DNA from: an uncultured Methylomirabilota bacterium
GTDB lineage: Bacteria; Methylomirabilota; Methylomirabilia; CAVQYV01
Length of the DNA stretch: 64,000 nt
Direction of reading: 5' to 3'
NCBI GenBank assembly: GCA_963718295.1
Contig: CAVQYV010000005.1
Location: forward strand, 25,933-89,932
Shown here: positions 39,293 through 49,396 of the stretch, piece by piece
Numbering within the stretch: position 1 is the first letter of the stretch
How the letters are laid out: each line of letters opens with the position of its first letter
Position numbers and translations under genes: made by a program
The notes under the pieces: model-generated
Database searches by the model: none
The model's input: only the letters and a program-made list of their open reading frames with translations
What the model was told of the DNA's origin: nothing

Positions 39293-40657
39293 ATGATTCG
39301 CGAGGAAAGGATCCAGCCTCTCAACCAGAAGCCCATCAGGCGCGGGAGAATCGTCCTGTATTGGATGCAGGCATCTCAGAGGACCGAATGTAATCATGCT
39401 CTGGAGTACGCCATCTTGCGGTCCAACGAGATGAAGCAGCCTCTGGTGGTCTATTTCGGGCTCACCGACCGGTTCCCCGAGGCCAACCAGCGACATTACC
39501 ATTTCATGCTGGAGGGGCTCAGGGAGGTGCAATCTTCCCTGCGGGAACGGGGCGTCAAGATGGTAGTGCGAGAGGAATCCCCCGAAGTGGGCGTTTTGAA
39601 GTTGTCCGGGGACACCTCCCTGGTAGTAACGGACCGGGGCTACTTAAGGATCCAGGGAAAATGGCGCAGCCATGCGGCAGAGCGAATCGATTGCCCCCTG
39701 ATCCAGGTGGAGACCGATGTGATCGTCCCGGTGGAAGAGGCATCGCCCAAAGAAGAATATTCCGCCGCCACCTTCCGGCCCAAGATCAAGAAAAGGCTGG
39801 AGGCCTTTCTCACCCCTCTGAGCCAGCATGACCCGAAGGTTTCCTCCCTCGCTCTGGATCTCGATTCCTTGGACTTGAAGGATCCGGAGCGCCTCATCTC
39901 CCATCTCGACATCGAGCGCGGGGTCAAAAGGGCGAGAGACTTTCGCGGGGGGGCGGAGCAAGCGAAAAGCCGCCTGCGGGCCTTCCTGGAAACTCGACTG
40001 GACCGCTACCCTGAGGACCGCAACGATCCCAATCTCGATTCCCTCTCGGGCATGAGCCCCTATCTCCATTTCGGGCAGATCTCCCCCCTCCACATCGCCC
40101 TGGAAGTATTGAAAACGGGCAGCCCCGGGACAGAGAGCTATCTCGAAGAGCTGATCGTACGCAGGGAGTTGAGCATGAATTTCGTGTTCTACAATCCCAA
40201 CTACGACTCCTGGGAAGGACTGCCCGGTTGGGCAAGGCGAAGCCTGCAGGAGCACGAAGGGGATCGCAGGGAGTTCGTCTATACGTTAGAAGACCTGGAG
40301 GGCGCCAAGACGCATGATCCTTACTGGAATGCGGCCCAGCGAGAGATGACCGGCATGGGGAAGATGCACGGCTATATGCGGATGTATTGGGGCAAGAAGA
40401 TCCTCGAATGGAGCCCATCCCCGGAGGAGGGACTCAAGAATGCCCTCTATCTGAACAACAAGTATGAGATCGATGGAAGGGACCCCAACGGGTTTGCCGG
40501 GGTAGCCTGGTGCTGGGGCAAGCACGACCGCCCCTGGCAGAAGAGGCCAATCTTCGGCAACATCCGCTACATGAACGCGGCCGGCCTGAAAAGAAAGTTC
40601 GATGCAGATGGTTATGTGGAAAAGATCGAGCGGCAGATTGCGGGGGCTCCTGGATGA
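39293..40657 (+). CDS. phr: Class II CPD deoxyribodipyrimidine photolyase.
   Basis: Full-length similarity to class II photolyases (…GKMHGYMRMYWGKKILEW…NGFAGVAWCWGKHDRPW…). Confidence 0.85.
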   Translation: MIREERIQPLNQKPIRRGRIVLYWMQASQRTECNHALEYAILRSNEMKQPLVVYFGLTDRFPEANQRHYHFMLEGLREVQSSLRERGVKMVVREESPEVGVLKLSGDTSLVVTDRGYLRIQGKWRSHAAERIDCPLIQVETDVIVPVEEASPKEEYSAATFRPKIKKRLEAFLTPLSQHDPKVSSLALDLDSLDLKDPERLISHLDIERGVKRARDFRGGAEQAKSRLRAFLETRLDRYPEDRNDPNLDSLSGMSPYLHFGQISPLHIALEVLKTGSPGTESYLEELIVRRELSMNFVFYNPNYDSWEGLPGWARRSLQEHEGDRREFVYTLEDLEGAKTHDPYWNAAQREMTGMGKMHGYMRMYWGKKILEWSPSPEEGLKNALYLNNKYEIDGRDPNGFAGVAWCWGKHDRPWQKRPIFGNIRYMNAAGLKRKFDADGYVEKIERQIAGAPG

Positions 40658-40878
40658 GGTCGACCACCCGCGATGTCCTGATCCTACTCCTGATCCTACT
40701 CCACGTCTCCCCAAGAGGGGCGCGAAGACGTGATCTCCTCACCCTGCTGCGACCCTCTTGCCCCTCGCCGGCCGGGAGTCCATGCGAAGATGGCCCGTTT
40801 CTTTGGAGTGATTACTTCTGCCGTCGACCGCCTGGCAGCCACTTGGAAGGTCAAAGGGACGGAGCGTGCAAGTTCATA

Positions 40879-40916
40879 AGACGAGCCAAACAAGTTGTTT
40901 TAGAACCAACGTCCCC
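40879..40916 (+). repeat. 38-nt direct repeat, copy A (gacgagccaaacaagttgttttagaaccaacgtccccc). Its partner is at 45614-45651.
   Basis: 36 of 38 nt are identical between the copies. Both are intergenic and together flank a 4.7-kb segment. Confidence 0.7.
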
Positions 40917-40972
40917 CTTTAGTTTTCCCTTTACGGGGCTGCTTGTACGCGGCCCCGTTGGGTGAGCTTTCC

Positions 40973-41845
40973 CTACTTGATCTCGGCCACTCCGTTGCCC
41001 GGGGTGGGCCATTTTTGGTAAACCTTGGGATCGTGGCCGGGGACAATGAGATCGGGAGAAGAGGCCACCTCCTTGATCCTTTCCAGAGTCTTGTAGGCTT
41101 CCCAACTGCCCTGACCCGTCCCGATAGGCGTCATGGTCTCGATGTTCTCAAACATATAGACGATGTCAGAGGCCAGGACGACCCTCCCTGATGCGGTGTT
41201 GACCGAGATCCACTGGAATCCGTAGGTGTGCTTTCCTCCGAGATAGCACCTGATTCCGGGGATGATCTCCTTATCGCCTTCGATCAGCTTCACTCGCCCG
41301 TCCCAGTTCCAATTTACCAGGGCCAGGACATCCTCCCTGCTCAAGCCGATCTTCCCGAAGTTGCTCTGAGCCGCCGCTCCGGCCGCGAACTCCAGTTCAT
41401 CCTTTTGTATCCAAATGGTGGCCTTAGGATTGAAGTTCTTGATGTTGCCGGCATGATCCCAGTGGGCATGGGTGAGGATGATATCGGTAACTTCTTCCGG
41501 CTTCAGGCCGATCTTGGAGAGCAACTTGTCGGTTCGGGTCCAGTCCTTGATGCCCCACTTGGTCACGAGCTTCTCGTCGGAAAAGCCTGTGTCCACAACG
41601 ATCACCTTGCCATCGCCCGTGATGACCCAGAAGGACCAGTCCAGGATCATCTTCTCCCCGGGGTTGCCCAGGTTGAAGAGATAGCTCCTGTCATAGCCCT
41701 CCATCGTTCCGTAATGAATGGCGTAGACCTGGTATTGAGGTATAGAGGCATGTTTACAGGCGTGGGCTGCCCAAGCAGGACTGAAGGTCCCTACCGCCAA
41801 GACCACAAAGATCAGCGCCAGAACCACCCATATTCTCTTCATCTT
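40973..41845 (-). CDS. Secreted MBL-fold metallo-hydrolase (AHL-lactonase-like HxHxDH family).
   Basis: Signal peptide MKRIWVVLALIFVVLAVGTFSPAWA. ILTHAHWDHAG motif. Confidence 0.7.
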   Translation of the reverse strand, partial: KMKRIWVVLALIFVVLAVGTFSPAWAAHACKHASIPQYQVYAIHYGTMEGYDRSYLFNLGNPGEKMILDWSFWVITGDGKVIVVDTGFSDEKLVTKWGIKDWTRTDKLLSKIGLKPEEVTDIILTHAHWDHAGNIKNFNPKATIWIQKDELEFAAGAAAQSNFGKIGLSREDVLALVNWNWDGRVKLIEGDKEIIPGIRCYLGGKHTYGFQWISVNTASGRVVLASDIVYMFENIETMTPIGTGQGSWEAYKTLERIKEVASSPDLIVPGHDPKVYQKWPTPGNGVAEIK

Positions 41846-42276
41846 CGCTCCTTTTCGAAAGGGTTGTTGGCTCCCAGATGCAACACAATAGAGCACGCTG
41901 CCTTGCTTTTCTATGACAGCGCCTTCGATTTGTCAACCGCTAATCGGATGGGGCCGCGGTGGAAAAGACTTTGAGAGAGTCAGAGAATCTAATTGGTATC
42001 CAGTCAAGATTCTATGGGCACCCCTCTCTCCCCTCTCTCCTTGACCAGGCCTTGGTCCTGCTCATTGATTTGATTGCCTCGACCATCAAGGACCGCCCCA
42101 CCTAAGGCGATTTGAGACGATCAGCAAGATGAAGGCCTTTTGTGGTTCCCCCCGCCTGGCCCGATCCAAATGGCCCGAAAGCAGGGCAAAGGATTTGACA
42201 AGGCAGACGGGGAGGTATAATAAGAGAGGGGGGCGGCTTCTGCAGTCGGACGATCACCAACGAGGAGGAGCAAGAG

Positions 42277-43329
42277 ATGGCAGGTGGGATTCGGATCGCA
42301 TTTGGCCAGTTCCGGGAGTTGACCGAGAAAGATCTCCTTTTTGCCCGGCAGTTGGGCGCGAGCGGGGTCACGCTGAACACACCCCTCTTCCAGGGGAAAT
42401 CCCTTTATGGGGTGGACATCTTCATCAATGCCCGAAAAGGGGCGCCGGAGGCATCCCCGCCGGCAGCCCGATGGGACTTCATGGAGATCGTGCAGCTTTG
42501 CTCCATGGTGGAGGACTACGGGCTCAGACTGGAAGCCATCGAGAACACGCCCATCTCTTTCTATGATAAGGCGATGCTCGGGCTTCCCGGCCGGGATGAG
42601 CAGATCGAGCATTACCAGGAGATCATCCGCATGCTGGGCAAGGCCGGGATCCCCATACTGGGATATCACTGGATGCCTGCCCAAGTCTGGCGTACCTCCA
42701 AGAGCACCCCTGGCCGTGGAGGGTCGCTGGTGAGCTCATATGACCAGCGCCTGGCAAAGGATGCACCCCTTGCCTTCGCTCGAGCTATCACCGAGGAAGA
42801 GCTTTGGGCCAACTACAAGTACTTCATCCAGGCCGTCCTTCCCATAGCCGAGGAGGTCGGCGTGAAGTTGGCTCTCCATCCGGACGATCCACCCACGGAA
42901 GAGCCCCTGGGCGGTGTGGCGCGGATCATGGGAGGGCTCAAAGGTTTCCAGCGTGCCATGGAGATAGGGGACAGCCCGAATCACGGATTGGATTTTTGCA
43001 TCGGGAGTTGGGCATCTAAATCCGTCGGTGAGATGATGGAAGGGTTGCAGTATTTTGGCCCTCGAGGGAAGCTCTTCTATGCCCACCTTCGAAACGTCAG
43101 GGGATCGGTCCCCAGGTTTCAGGAGACCTTCATCGACGAGGGGGACGTGGATGTAGTGGCAGTCCTGCGGGAGATGCTCGAGGTAGGATTTGACGGCTTC
43201 ATCATCGATGATCACGTTCCCAAGATGGTGAACGATACCGCCTGGGGACATCGAGGGCGAGCCTTTGCCACCGGGTACATCACGGGTGTGCTGAGGGCCA
43301 TTCAGACTCCTGGCTCGCAACTGTCATGA
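42277..43329 (+). CDS. uxuA: D-mannonate dehydratase UxuA-family protein.
   Basis: UxuA-like sequence including LALHPDDPP and the xylose-isomerase-like TIM-barrel context. GAGGAGGAG RBS. Confidence 0.7.
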   Translation: MAGGIRIAFGQFRELTEKDLLFARQLGASGVTLNTPLFQGKSLYGVDIFINARKGAPEASPPAARWDFMEIVQLCSMVEDYGLRLEAIENTPISFYDKAMLGLPGRDEQIEHYQEIIRMLGKAGIPILGYHWMPAQVWRTSKSTPGRGGSLVSSYDQRLAKDAPLAFARAITEEELWANYKYFIQAVLPIAEEVGVKLALHPDDPPTEEPLGGVARIMGGLKGFQRAMEIGDSPNHGLDFCIGSWASKSVGEMMEGLQYFGPRGKLFYAHLRNVRGSVPRFQETFIDEGDVDVVAVLREMLEVGFDGFIIDDHVPKMVNDTAWGHRGRAFATGYITGVLRAIQTPGSQLS

Positions 43330-43455
43330 ATTCCTCTGGCAGCCACGACCCCGATCGCTTCGGCTTGGCAACATGGGAAATATAACATCCATAACTTCAT
43401 AAGTTTCTATCTCTTCCCCTCGCGAACCAGAAACTCCGAGTTGTATTTCGAAAAG

Positions 43456-44580
43456 CTAACCAGCCTCGGCCAAACGAATCTGATAGATCCGTGCGTCGTT
43501 GCCGTGGATAACGCCGAGTTGGGCACTCGGTTCTGTAACTGCAACGCCGCTTTCAGCGAGCGGATAGGTACAGTTCTCGATCCACGCGCCCAGATCCATT
43601 AAGAGCATTGGCCTTCCTCCACTCGGCCTGCATAGAGTCAGGGACGCCTTATGGGTGTGCCCCATCGTGACCACTCTCACATGCTGGCCTGGCAGGTCCC
43701 TCTCTTGTGCGATATCGATTGATCGATAGAGCTTTTGAAAATAGGGATTGGCGGCGCTATCCGGCGATGGTATCTCCTGACAAACGAAAGGAGGGAGCGT
43801 CTTCTCCGGGATGACCTGAATCGCCCCTCCAGGAGCTTCGAGATTGTGTTCAGGATCTGTGATCGCCTTCTCGAGTTCCCTTATGGGTTTGTTAATCCCC
43901 GCGGTCTTCTTGCTCCACTCCATCACCGGATACTTATTCGGCTCAACCCATGCGCCGATAAAATATACCCCAAACTCCTCGATAGCATCGGGGAGGGTGG
44001 TTTCGAGGATATCAAAGGCGTCGCCGTGGGTGCCAAAGAGGAAGGGCTTTTCGTCCTGTGCCCTGTTGAAAAATTTGTAGCGAAAAGGAATCTCCTGTAA
44101 AGGGTCGCTTCTTTTCGTGTCATGGTTTCCCAAGAGCATAGTCGCTTTGAGGCATGGCCCTCCCCGGTCAATCCCCCGATAGAGAAGGTCCCGCAGGTCA
44201 CCATGGGCATCATCGGGTATTTCCGCTGGCTTTGCCGATCCAGGAAATTCCCTCCAGAGGTCAAAGAAATCTCCGAGTTGAACCGTGACCAGTTTCCTGA
44301 TGCGATTTGACTCCCAGGAATTCCTCAGAGCAACCATGCCCTCCAACAGTGGTACAAGCAGCCCGGACTCGCTGTGATTGAAGCCGTACTTGAAACGCTG
44401 CCGTCTTTGCGGGGAGAGTAAATGGAGATCGGGGATGAGAAAGAACACTTCCCTCTCCGAGGCATTTCCAAGGACAGGATCACTGACACGGCCGAGGAGC
44501 CTGATTTCCCCCCTGAGAGGGCCAAGGACTTCAAGCATTGCCGAGACTACTTCGTCGTGGGGATTCATCGGCATCGTCAA
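43456..44580 (-). CDS. Calcineurin-like metallophosphoesterase.
   Basis: Metallophosphoesterase motifs GDFFD, GNHD, GHTH. Confidence 0.7.
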   Translation of the reverse strand: MTMPMNPHDEVVSAMLEVLGPLRGEIRLLGRVSDPVLGNASEREVFFLIPDLHLLSPQRRQRFKYGFNHSESGLLVPLLEGMVALRNSWESNRIRKLVTVQLGDFFDLWREFPGSAKPAEIPDDAHGDLRDLLYRGIDRGGPCLKATMLLGNHDTKRSDPLQEIPFRYKFFNRAQDEKPFLFGTHGDAFDILETTLPDAIEEFGVYFIGAWVEPNKYPVMEWSKKTAGINKPIRELEKAITDPEHNLEAPGGAIQVIPEKTLPPFVCQEIPSPDSAANPYFQKLYRSIDIAQERDLPGQHVRVVTMGHTHKASLTLCRPSGGRPMLLMDLGAWIENCTYPLAESGVAVTEPSAQLGVIHGNDARIYQIRLAEAG

Positions 44581-44584
44581 CCTC

Positions 44585-45313
44585 CTATTGGGGTTTCTTG
44601 GCTGGGAAATCCTGGGCCTTTCCCTTTTCGGGAGCTACTACTAACCGCGAATAGCGGTTACTGCCGGGGAGCTGATAAAGAATGAACCAGAACTTTTCGA
44701 AGCGAAAGGCGAGCACGTCTGCAAAGGCACGGAGGCGATAACGGGAATCCATCACAGCATCAGCAAAGTCGACATTCAGATTGGACAATTGACGGATCAC
44801 CTGAGTCCTTCCTCCAGACAGCTGTTCTCGTGATCCGAGAAACTCCAGCACAGGCGAATAGGCGATCTGGGCGGATCTAATATCTCCCGTGGTTTCACCA
44901 GGCTGGACGCCTGCTTGTGCATAAGGTCCCTCGGCCAGGAAATCGATGAGGTCGTCACGATCGCTCCGTCCGTCCTGGATCGAAGCGGCGGCAAGGGGAA
45001 GGGGCACCCCGGTGAAGAGGGGAACGACATTCGCTGCGGGAAGGGCATCGGGAGCAGATCCATTCTCTGAGTATTGCGCCTTCGGGAAATATTCCGAACC
45101 AGAGGGCCTATAGACCTCATCGACAGGTACCCTGCTCACCGTTTCCGCCGATCCAGCCGTTACTGAGGTAAGGATTGCCCTCGTCCTGTTATGGTCATAC
45201 CTGTCATAAGGCGATCCCACATGAACGACTTTCGCAGCGCAGCCTGCAACGAGAAACACAAAGATGAGAATGACTGCAAAGGGCCAGTTTCTGATGCGAT
45301 GGTTTCCTGCCAT
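44585..45313 (-). CDS. Hypothetical lipoprotein.
   Basis: Lipobox LVAGC after a signal peptide. GAGGGAGG RBS. It lies 4 nt upstream of the phosphoesterase gene on the same strand. Confidence 0.5.
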   Translation of the reverse strand: MAGNHRIRNWPFAVILIFVFLVAGCAAKVVHVGSPYDRYDHNRTRAILTSVTAGSAETVSRVPVDEVYRPSGSEYFPKAQYSENGSAPDALPAANVVPLFTGVPLPLAAASIQDGRSDRDDLIDFLAEGPYAQAGVQPGETTGDIRSAQIAYSPVLEFLGSREQLSGGRTQVIRQLSNLNVDFADAVMDSRYRLRAFADVLAFRFEKFWFILYQLPGSNRYSRLVVAPEKGKAQDFPAKKPQ

Positions 45314-45325
45314 GACCTCCCTCCC

Positions 45326-45478
45326 TCACCTGCGGAATTTCTTCCTCTTGGACTTTTTTCTCTTCATCTTCCCGCTTATGGTCTTCGCCAGCTCATCCAT
45401 GAACTCAACCCTCCTCGGATACTCATAGGGTGCCGTGTGCTTCCACACGAATTCCTGGAGCTTCCTTGCCGGCGCGCC
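45326..45478 (-). pseudogene. C-terminal ~50-aa remnant of an AMP-dependent synthetase/ligase (acyl-/acetyl-CoA synthetase). The upstream portion of the gene is absent.
   Basis: The minus-strand translation is [44 protein letters not shown], which matches the conserved AMP-binding C-terminus (…YKxPRxVEFVDELPKTxSGKIxR). An in-frame TAG lies immediately upstream. Confidence 0.55.
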
Positions 45479-45613
45479 CTATGGCTGAGGTCACCTCATG
45501 AGAACTGCAAAAGCCCTAACACATTATCCCTAAGTTCATCAGGATTTGCAATGACGGCGCATTCTTTCACCGCGGGATGCTTTGGTGGGATGGGCGCAGG
45601 GTACGATTCATTT

Positions 45614-45651
45614 GACGAGTCTAACAAGTTGTTTTAGAACCAACGTCCCCC
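45614..45651 (+). repeat. 38-nt direct repeat, copy B (gacgagtctaacaagttgttttagaaccaacgtccccc).
   Basis: See copy A at 40879-40916. Confidence 0.7.
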
Positions 45652-45847
45652 AGGCCAAGGCCCCGTTCTCGGAACGAATAATCTACCCGGTGCCTTACTT
45701 TTCCACCTCCTGCCCGATGGGGGCTAAACTTCAACGTCGGCGTGGAAATGGGGCGTGATCCTGCAAATGTTGACTGCCTGATTACTATCTGGTAACCTCA
45801 TAGGCAAAAACATGGCCCCCTTGACTGGTTTTGTCAATACCTCTTGC

Positions 45848-46205
45848 CTACTCCTTCTCCCGCAGGCGCATGATCTCCTGGTAGATTGCCCTCGCCTGCT
45901 GCTCAGAGCAGCTTTCCGTCGAAAAGGGGGGCATGATGCTGTCGGATCCATCACGCGCCTTAGGGCTTCGGATATAGGACAGAAAGGTGTCGAAGTCCTC
46001 CAACTGAGGCGCTCCTTTCAGGGGCAGGTGGGGCTTGAATACATTGCCGCCATCGGGGTGACAGGCGCCGCAGGTTTGGTTGAATTGTTCCGCGGCGGGC
46101 TGGCCTTCCGGCACCTCCGCCGCCATCAGCTTCCCCTGGGCTTTTACAGGGCTTCTCCCCAGTGGGCAGGGAGATCAAAAAAAGAAGGGTGATGACAAAT
46201 AGCAT
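45848..46205 (-). pseudogene. Small class I c-type cytochrome (CGACH). Its signal peptide and heme domain are in different frames (the shift lies between a T7 run and the heme motif).
   Basis: ORF 45960-46244 gives the signal MLFVITLLFLISLP. ORF 45848-46126 gives AAEVPEGQPAAEQFNQTCGACHPDGGN...MPPF (CxxCH plus a distal Met region). Confidence 0.5.
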
Positions 46206-46297
46206 CACACACCGGGGGAAATCGGATAGAGTTCCCTTTCGCATTGGAATTGACCTCCGGGGCGATTTGTCAATCTACGGATAAGACCAAGCTGCGC

Positions 46298-47507
46298 TCA
46301 TAGACCCAGGATGTGGGCTCGTACGGTGGAAAATATCCCGGAAGGGGTGAGGGCCGGGATTTCTTTGACCCGCTGAAATGTCTTGGTATCGAGGATAACT
46401 ACTTTGTTTTCCTTGTAACAAGACACATAGATATTCTTTCCCTTGGGGGTGAATGCCATGTGGAAGACCCGATCACCGATCTCCAAGGTCTTGATGACCT
46501 CCAGCTTCAGAGAATCGATGACCTGCAAAAACCGGTGATTCTCGCCCGAGAAGTTGACCCACACATGGCGGCCATCTGGGCTGGCCATGGAGAACATGGG
46601 GGTGCCTGCCAGATCGATGGATTTCATAAGCTTCCAGGAACCTACCTCATAAACCGCCAGACGCTCCTCCCCCACCACGGGCGCGAAGAGAAGATTGTTG
46701 GCGATGGCCCATCCGCCCAGATGAGGGACCTTCGTCACGGCCACCTTAGGGCTTTTCCCGTGAGGGCTCTTGCAGGGAAATCTCGTCCACCTTGTCGAGG
46801 GTCCATGTATCCAGCCTCGCCAGGTGATCGGAGTGATACAGGGCGGCGATATAATATCGGCCGTCGGGAGTGAGTAACGCATCAAAAGGCATTCTGCCCA
46901 CATTCCAGAACTTCTTGATCACCGGAAACTCGGGTTGATCGGCATCCAGAACCCAGATGCCGTCGGCATCCATCAGGGAAAAGATCAGAAGGTTCCCGGG
47001 AGCCTCCACTATACCCACGGCTCGGGAAGGGATCTCTCCCCCGCCCCCTTCCTTATCCTCTCTCAGCGCTGGAACGGTGTGCACGATGGTGAGATTTTCG
47101 GCATCGACGATCTTCACATCAGCCGGCTTATAGTTGGCTACGGCGACGAATCGGTTGTCTTGGGTCACCGCCAGACCGATGGAGCTCTCACCCACTTTGA
47201 TCCTGGCGGTGCACTTCAGGGCCAGAAGATCCAGCTTATTGAGCCAGCCATCGCGAGTGACGAGATAGGCATAGCGGGCGTCGTGGGAAAAGGAGATTGT
47301 GGCATGGTGCAACACACCCAGATCGGGGATTCGCCCCAGGATTTCATGGCGAAGGGAGTCGACCACGACGACGCTGGAATTTTCTCGTTCGATGATGACC
47401 ATCAGAGCCCCGGTCCCCCACTGGGCCCCGGAAATGGCGGGGAGAAGAAGGAGCCCGCAAATCACTGCCCAGACTGCCCACACGCCGATGCACAAGTATC
47501 GCTTCAT
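46298..47507 (-). pseudogene. nirF: Cytochrome-d1-type 8-bladed beta-propeller protein (NirF-like heme d1 biosynthesis/insertion protein) with a frameshift near 46765-46790.
   Basis: Two ORFs, 46746-47507 and 46298-46903, both carry cd1-propeller-like repeats. An N-terminal signal peptide is present and there is no heme c motif. The genomic context is next to nirJ and a cd1 nitrite reductase. Confidence 0.55.
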
Positions 47508-47510
47508 GGC

Positions 47511-48710
47511 TTACCTCAAGAGGATCAATGATTCCTGGTTCATAGAGATCTCTTCATGGGTCAGATAGCACGAGGGATCGGATCCCCACCAATCGGAGGA
47601 TTGGGCAAAGGCCCTGGCGCGGGAGTTTCCGCCGCACAAGTTCACGAACCGGCACCCTCCGCAGCGTCCGTGAAATGGCCCTCTGCGCCCTCCCAGCCCG
47701 ATGAAGAAATGTTCGGACGAATCGGACAAGATCTGTCCGAGCGGGGTTTGCCTCACGTTGCCCAGCGAGATTCCTCTGCAAAATGGATCAGGATGGACGC
47801 TGCCCCAGGGATCGATGTTGATCAATCGAACCCCGACCCCAGAGCCACCTCCCCTGTCCTGTATCAGGAGATCGTGCATCCTCTTTGCCACCACTGGGCT
47901 TTCCCGCTCCACTGACAACAGGAGAAACGGGGCATCGGCCTCATTGTTACCGGTTACGATTTCGCGGGGGGAGGATTCGTCTTGCACATAATCCATCGCC
48001 TTTCGAATGAGGAGGCTCATGGCTTCCCGCGTCTCGGCCTGCCCCAGGGCCATCCTCCCCATCGCTCTATCCGAGTAATTCAAGTGGGAAACATATAGCT
48101 TTCTCAGGTTTTCTCGTTCAAAAAGATCGATGACAAAGGGAAACTGGGAAGCGGTGTAGGAGTCAAGGAAAAGCGGAGCCCCACCTTGATCCCCGCATCC
48201 CGGCACAGCCGAATGCCTGCCAAGGATGCCTCGTAAGCCCCTGCCTGCCCGCGAAATGCATCGTGCTTCCCTCGCGATCCGTCGATGCTGATTCCCACAT
48301 AGTCAATGCCGCTATCCGAGATCTTCCTCACTTGAGCTTCATCTATGAGGGTTCCATTGGTGGAAAGGGCGCAGGATATACCCTTGGCCCGTTGCATAGG
48401 CGGCCAATGGGTAAAGGTCCTGCCTGAGCATGGGCTCCCCGCCCGATAGGATCAGGACGAAAACATCCAGCCTGGCCAGATCATCGATGACAACTTTGGC
48501 CTCCTGGGTGCTCAGCTCGCCCTTGCCGCCCTCCCCTTCCCCCGAGCTGCCTGAGTTCGCATCTGCATAGCAGTGGCGGCACGCAAGATTGCAGCGGTTG
48601 GTCAGATTCCATATGACCACATGTCCAGACCGTCGATGTCTGGTTCCGGGCGCAGGCGATGGGGCGCAAGGATTATAGGCTTCTCTGAGCAGGCTGCTGA
48701 TCCTCAACAT
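47511..48710 (-). pseudogene. nirJ: Radical SAM/SPASM protein NirJ-like (heme d1 biosynthesis), split by two frameshifts (~48350-48400 and ~48110-48200).
   Basis: Fragment 48339-48710 has the CNLACRHC radical-SAM cluster motif. Fragment 48104-48397 has ISCALSTNGTL. Fragment 47511-48206 has SPASM-type Cys motifs (CGGCRFVNLCGGNSRARA). Confidence 0.6.
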
Positions 48711-48727
48711 CGATCTCTACCCTACCC

Positions 48728-49386
48728 TCATTTCTCTAAAGCGCGGAAGTGATACACATAGGCGCCCAAATTCTTGATTTCCTCGTCCGTCAGGTCGAAT
48801 TTCGGCATCGTCTGCTCGGTGTAGCCGAGGATCTTGCTGCTGGTGTAGGGAAACTTGATCTGGCCTACGATGGCTCTGACGTCCCTCTGGCGAGCTACAG
48901 TTCTGTAGGCGGGGGCGAAGGCCTCGTATTCAGGGTGATGGCATCCCATGCAATACTCGCCAAATAGGGAATTGCCTCTTTCAATGCCCCGGGGATCATC
49001 CCACCAGGCCGACGCCTCGGCCACTCCGAGGTTGCCATTCTCCTTGACCCGGATCTCTTTCCTGCTTTCGGGGCGCGTGGTCTTGAAATAGTGAGCCAAC
49101 AGGCGCAGCTCATCGAGGCTCAACCGGCAGTCCCAGGCGGGCATCAAGGTGTCCAGGATCCCATATCGAACCAATGATCGGATGCCAGCCTCGCTGAGCG
49201 CGCCCAGGTCTGCAGGAATCAGGGGAACGCCGACAAATCCCATCCGGTCAAAGCCATGGCAGCCAGCGCAGTTTTCCAGGTAGATCTGCCTTGCCGCCCA
49301 TTCATCCCTCGAATCTTCCCCCCAGAGACCGCCAGAAAGATGAGAAGGACGATCGCAGCGGACAGGAAAGGCAAGATTCCTTTCAT
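48728..49386 (-). pseudogene. Diheme c-type cytochrome (NirC/NirB-like). A 1-nt deletion in a G6 run separates the signal peptide from the first heme motif.
   Basis: Signal MKGILPFLSAAIVLLIFLAVSGG. In the +1 frame it continues ...EDSRDEWAARQIYLENCAGCHGFDRMGFVGV..., and the second motif is CMGCHH. Confidence 0.6.
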
Positions 49387-49396
49387 GAATGGATCC

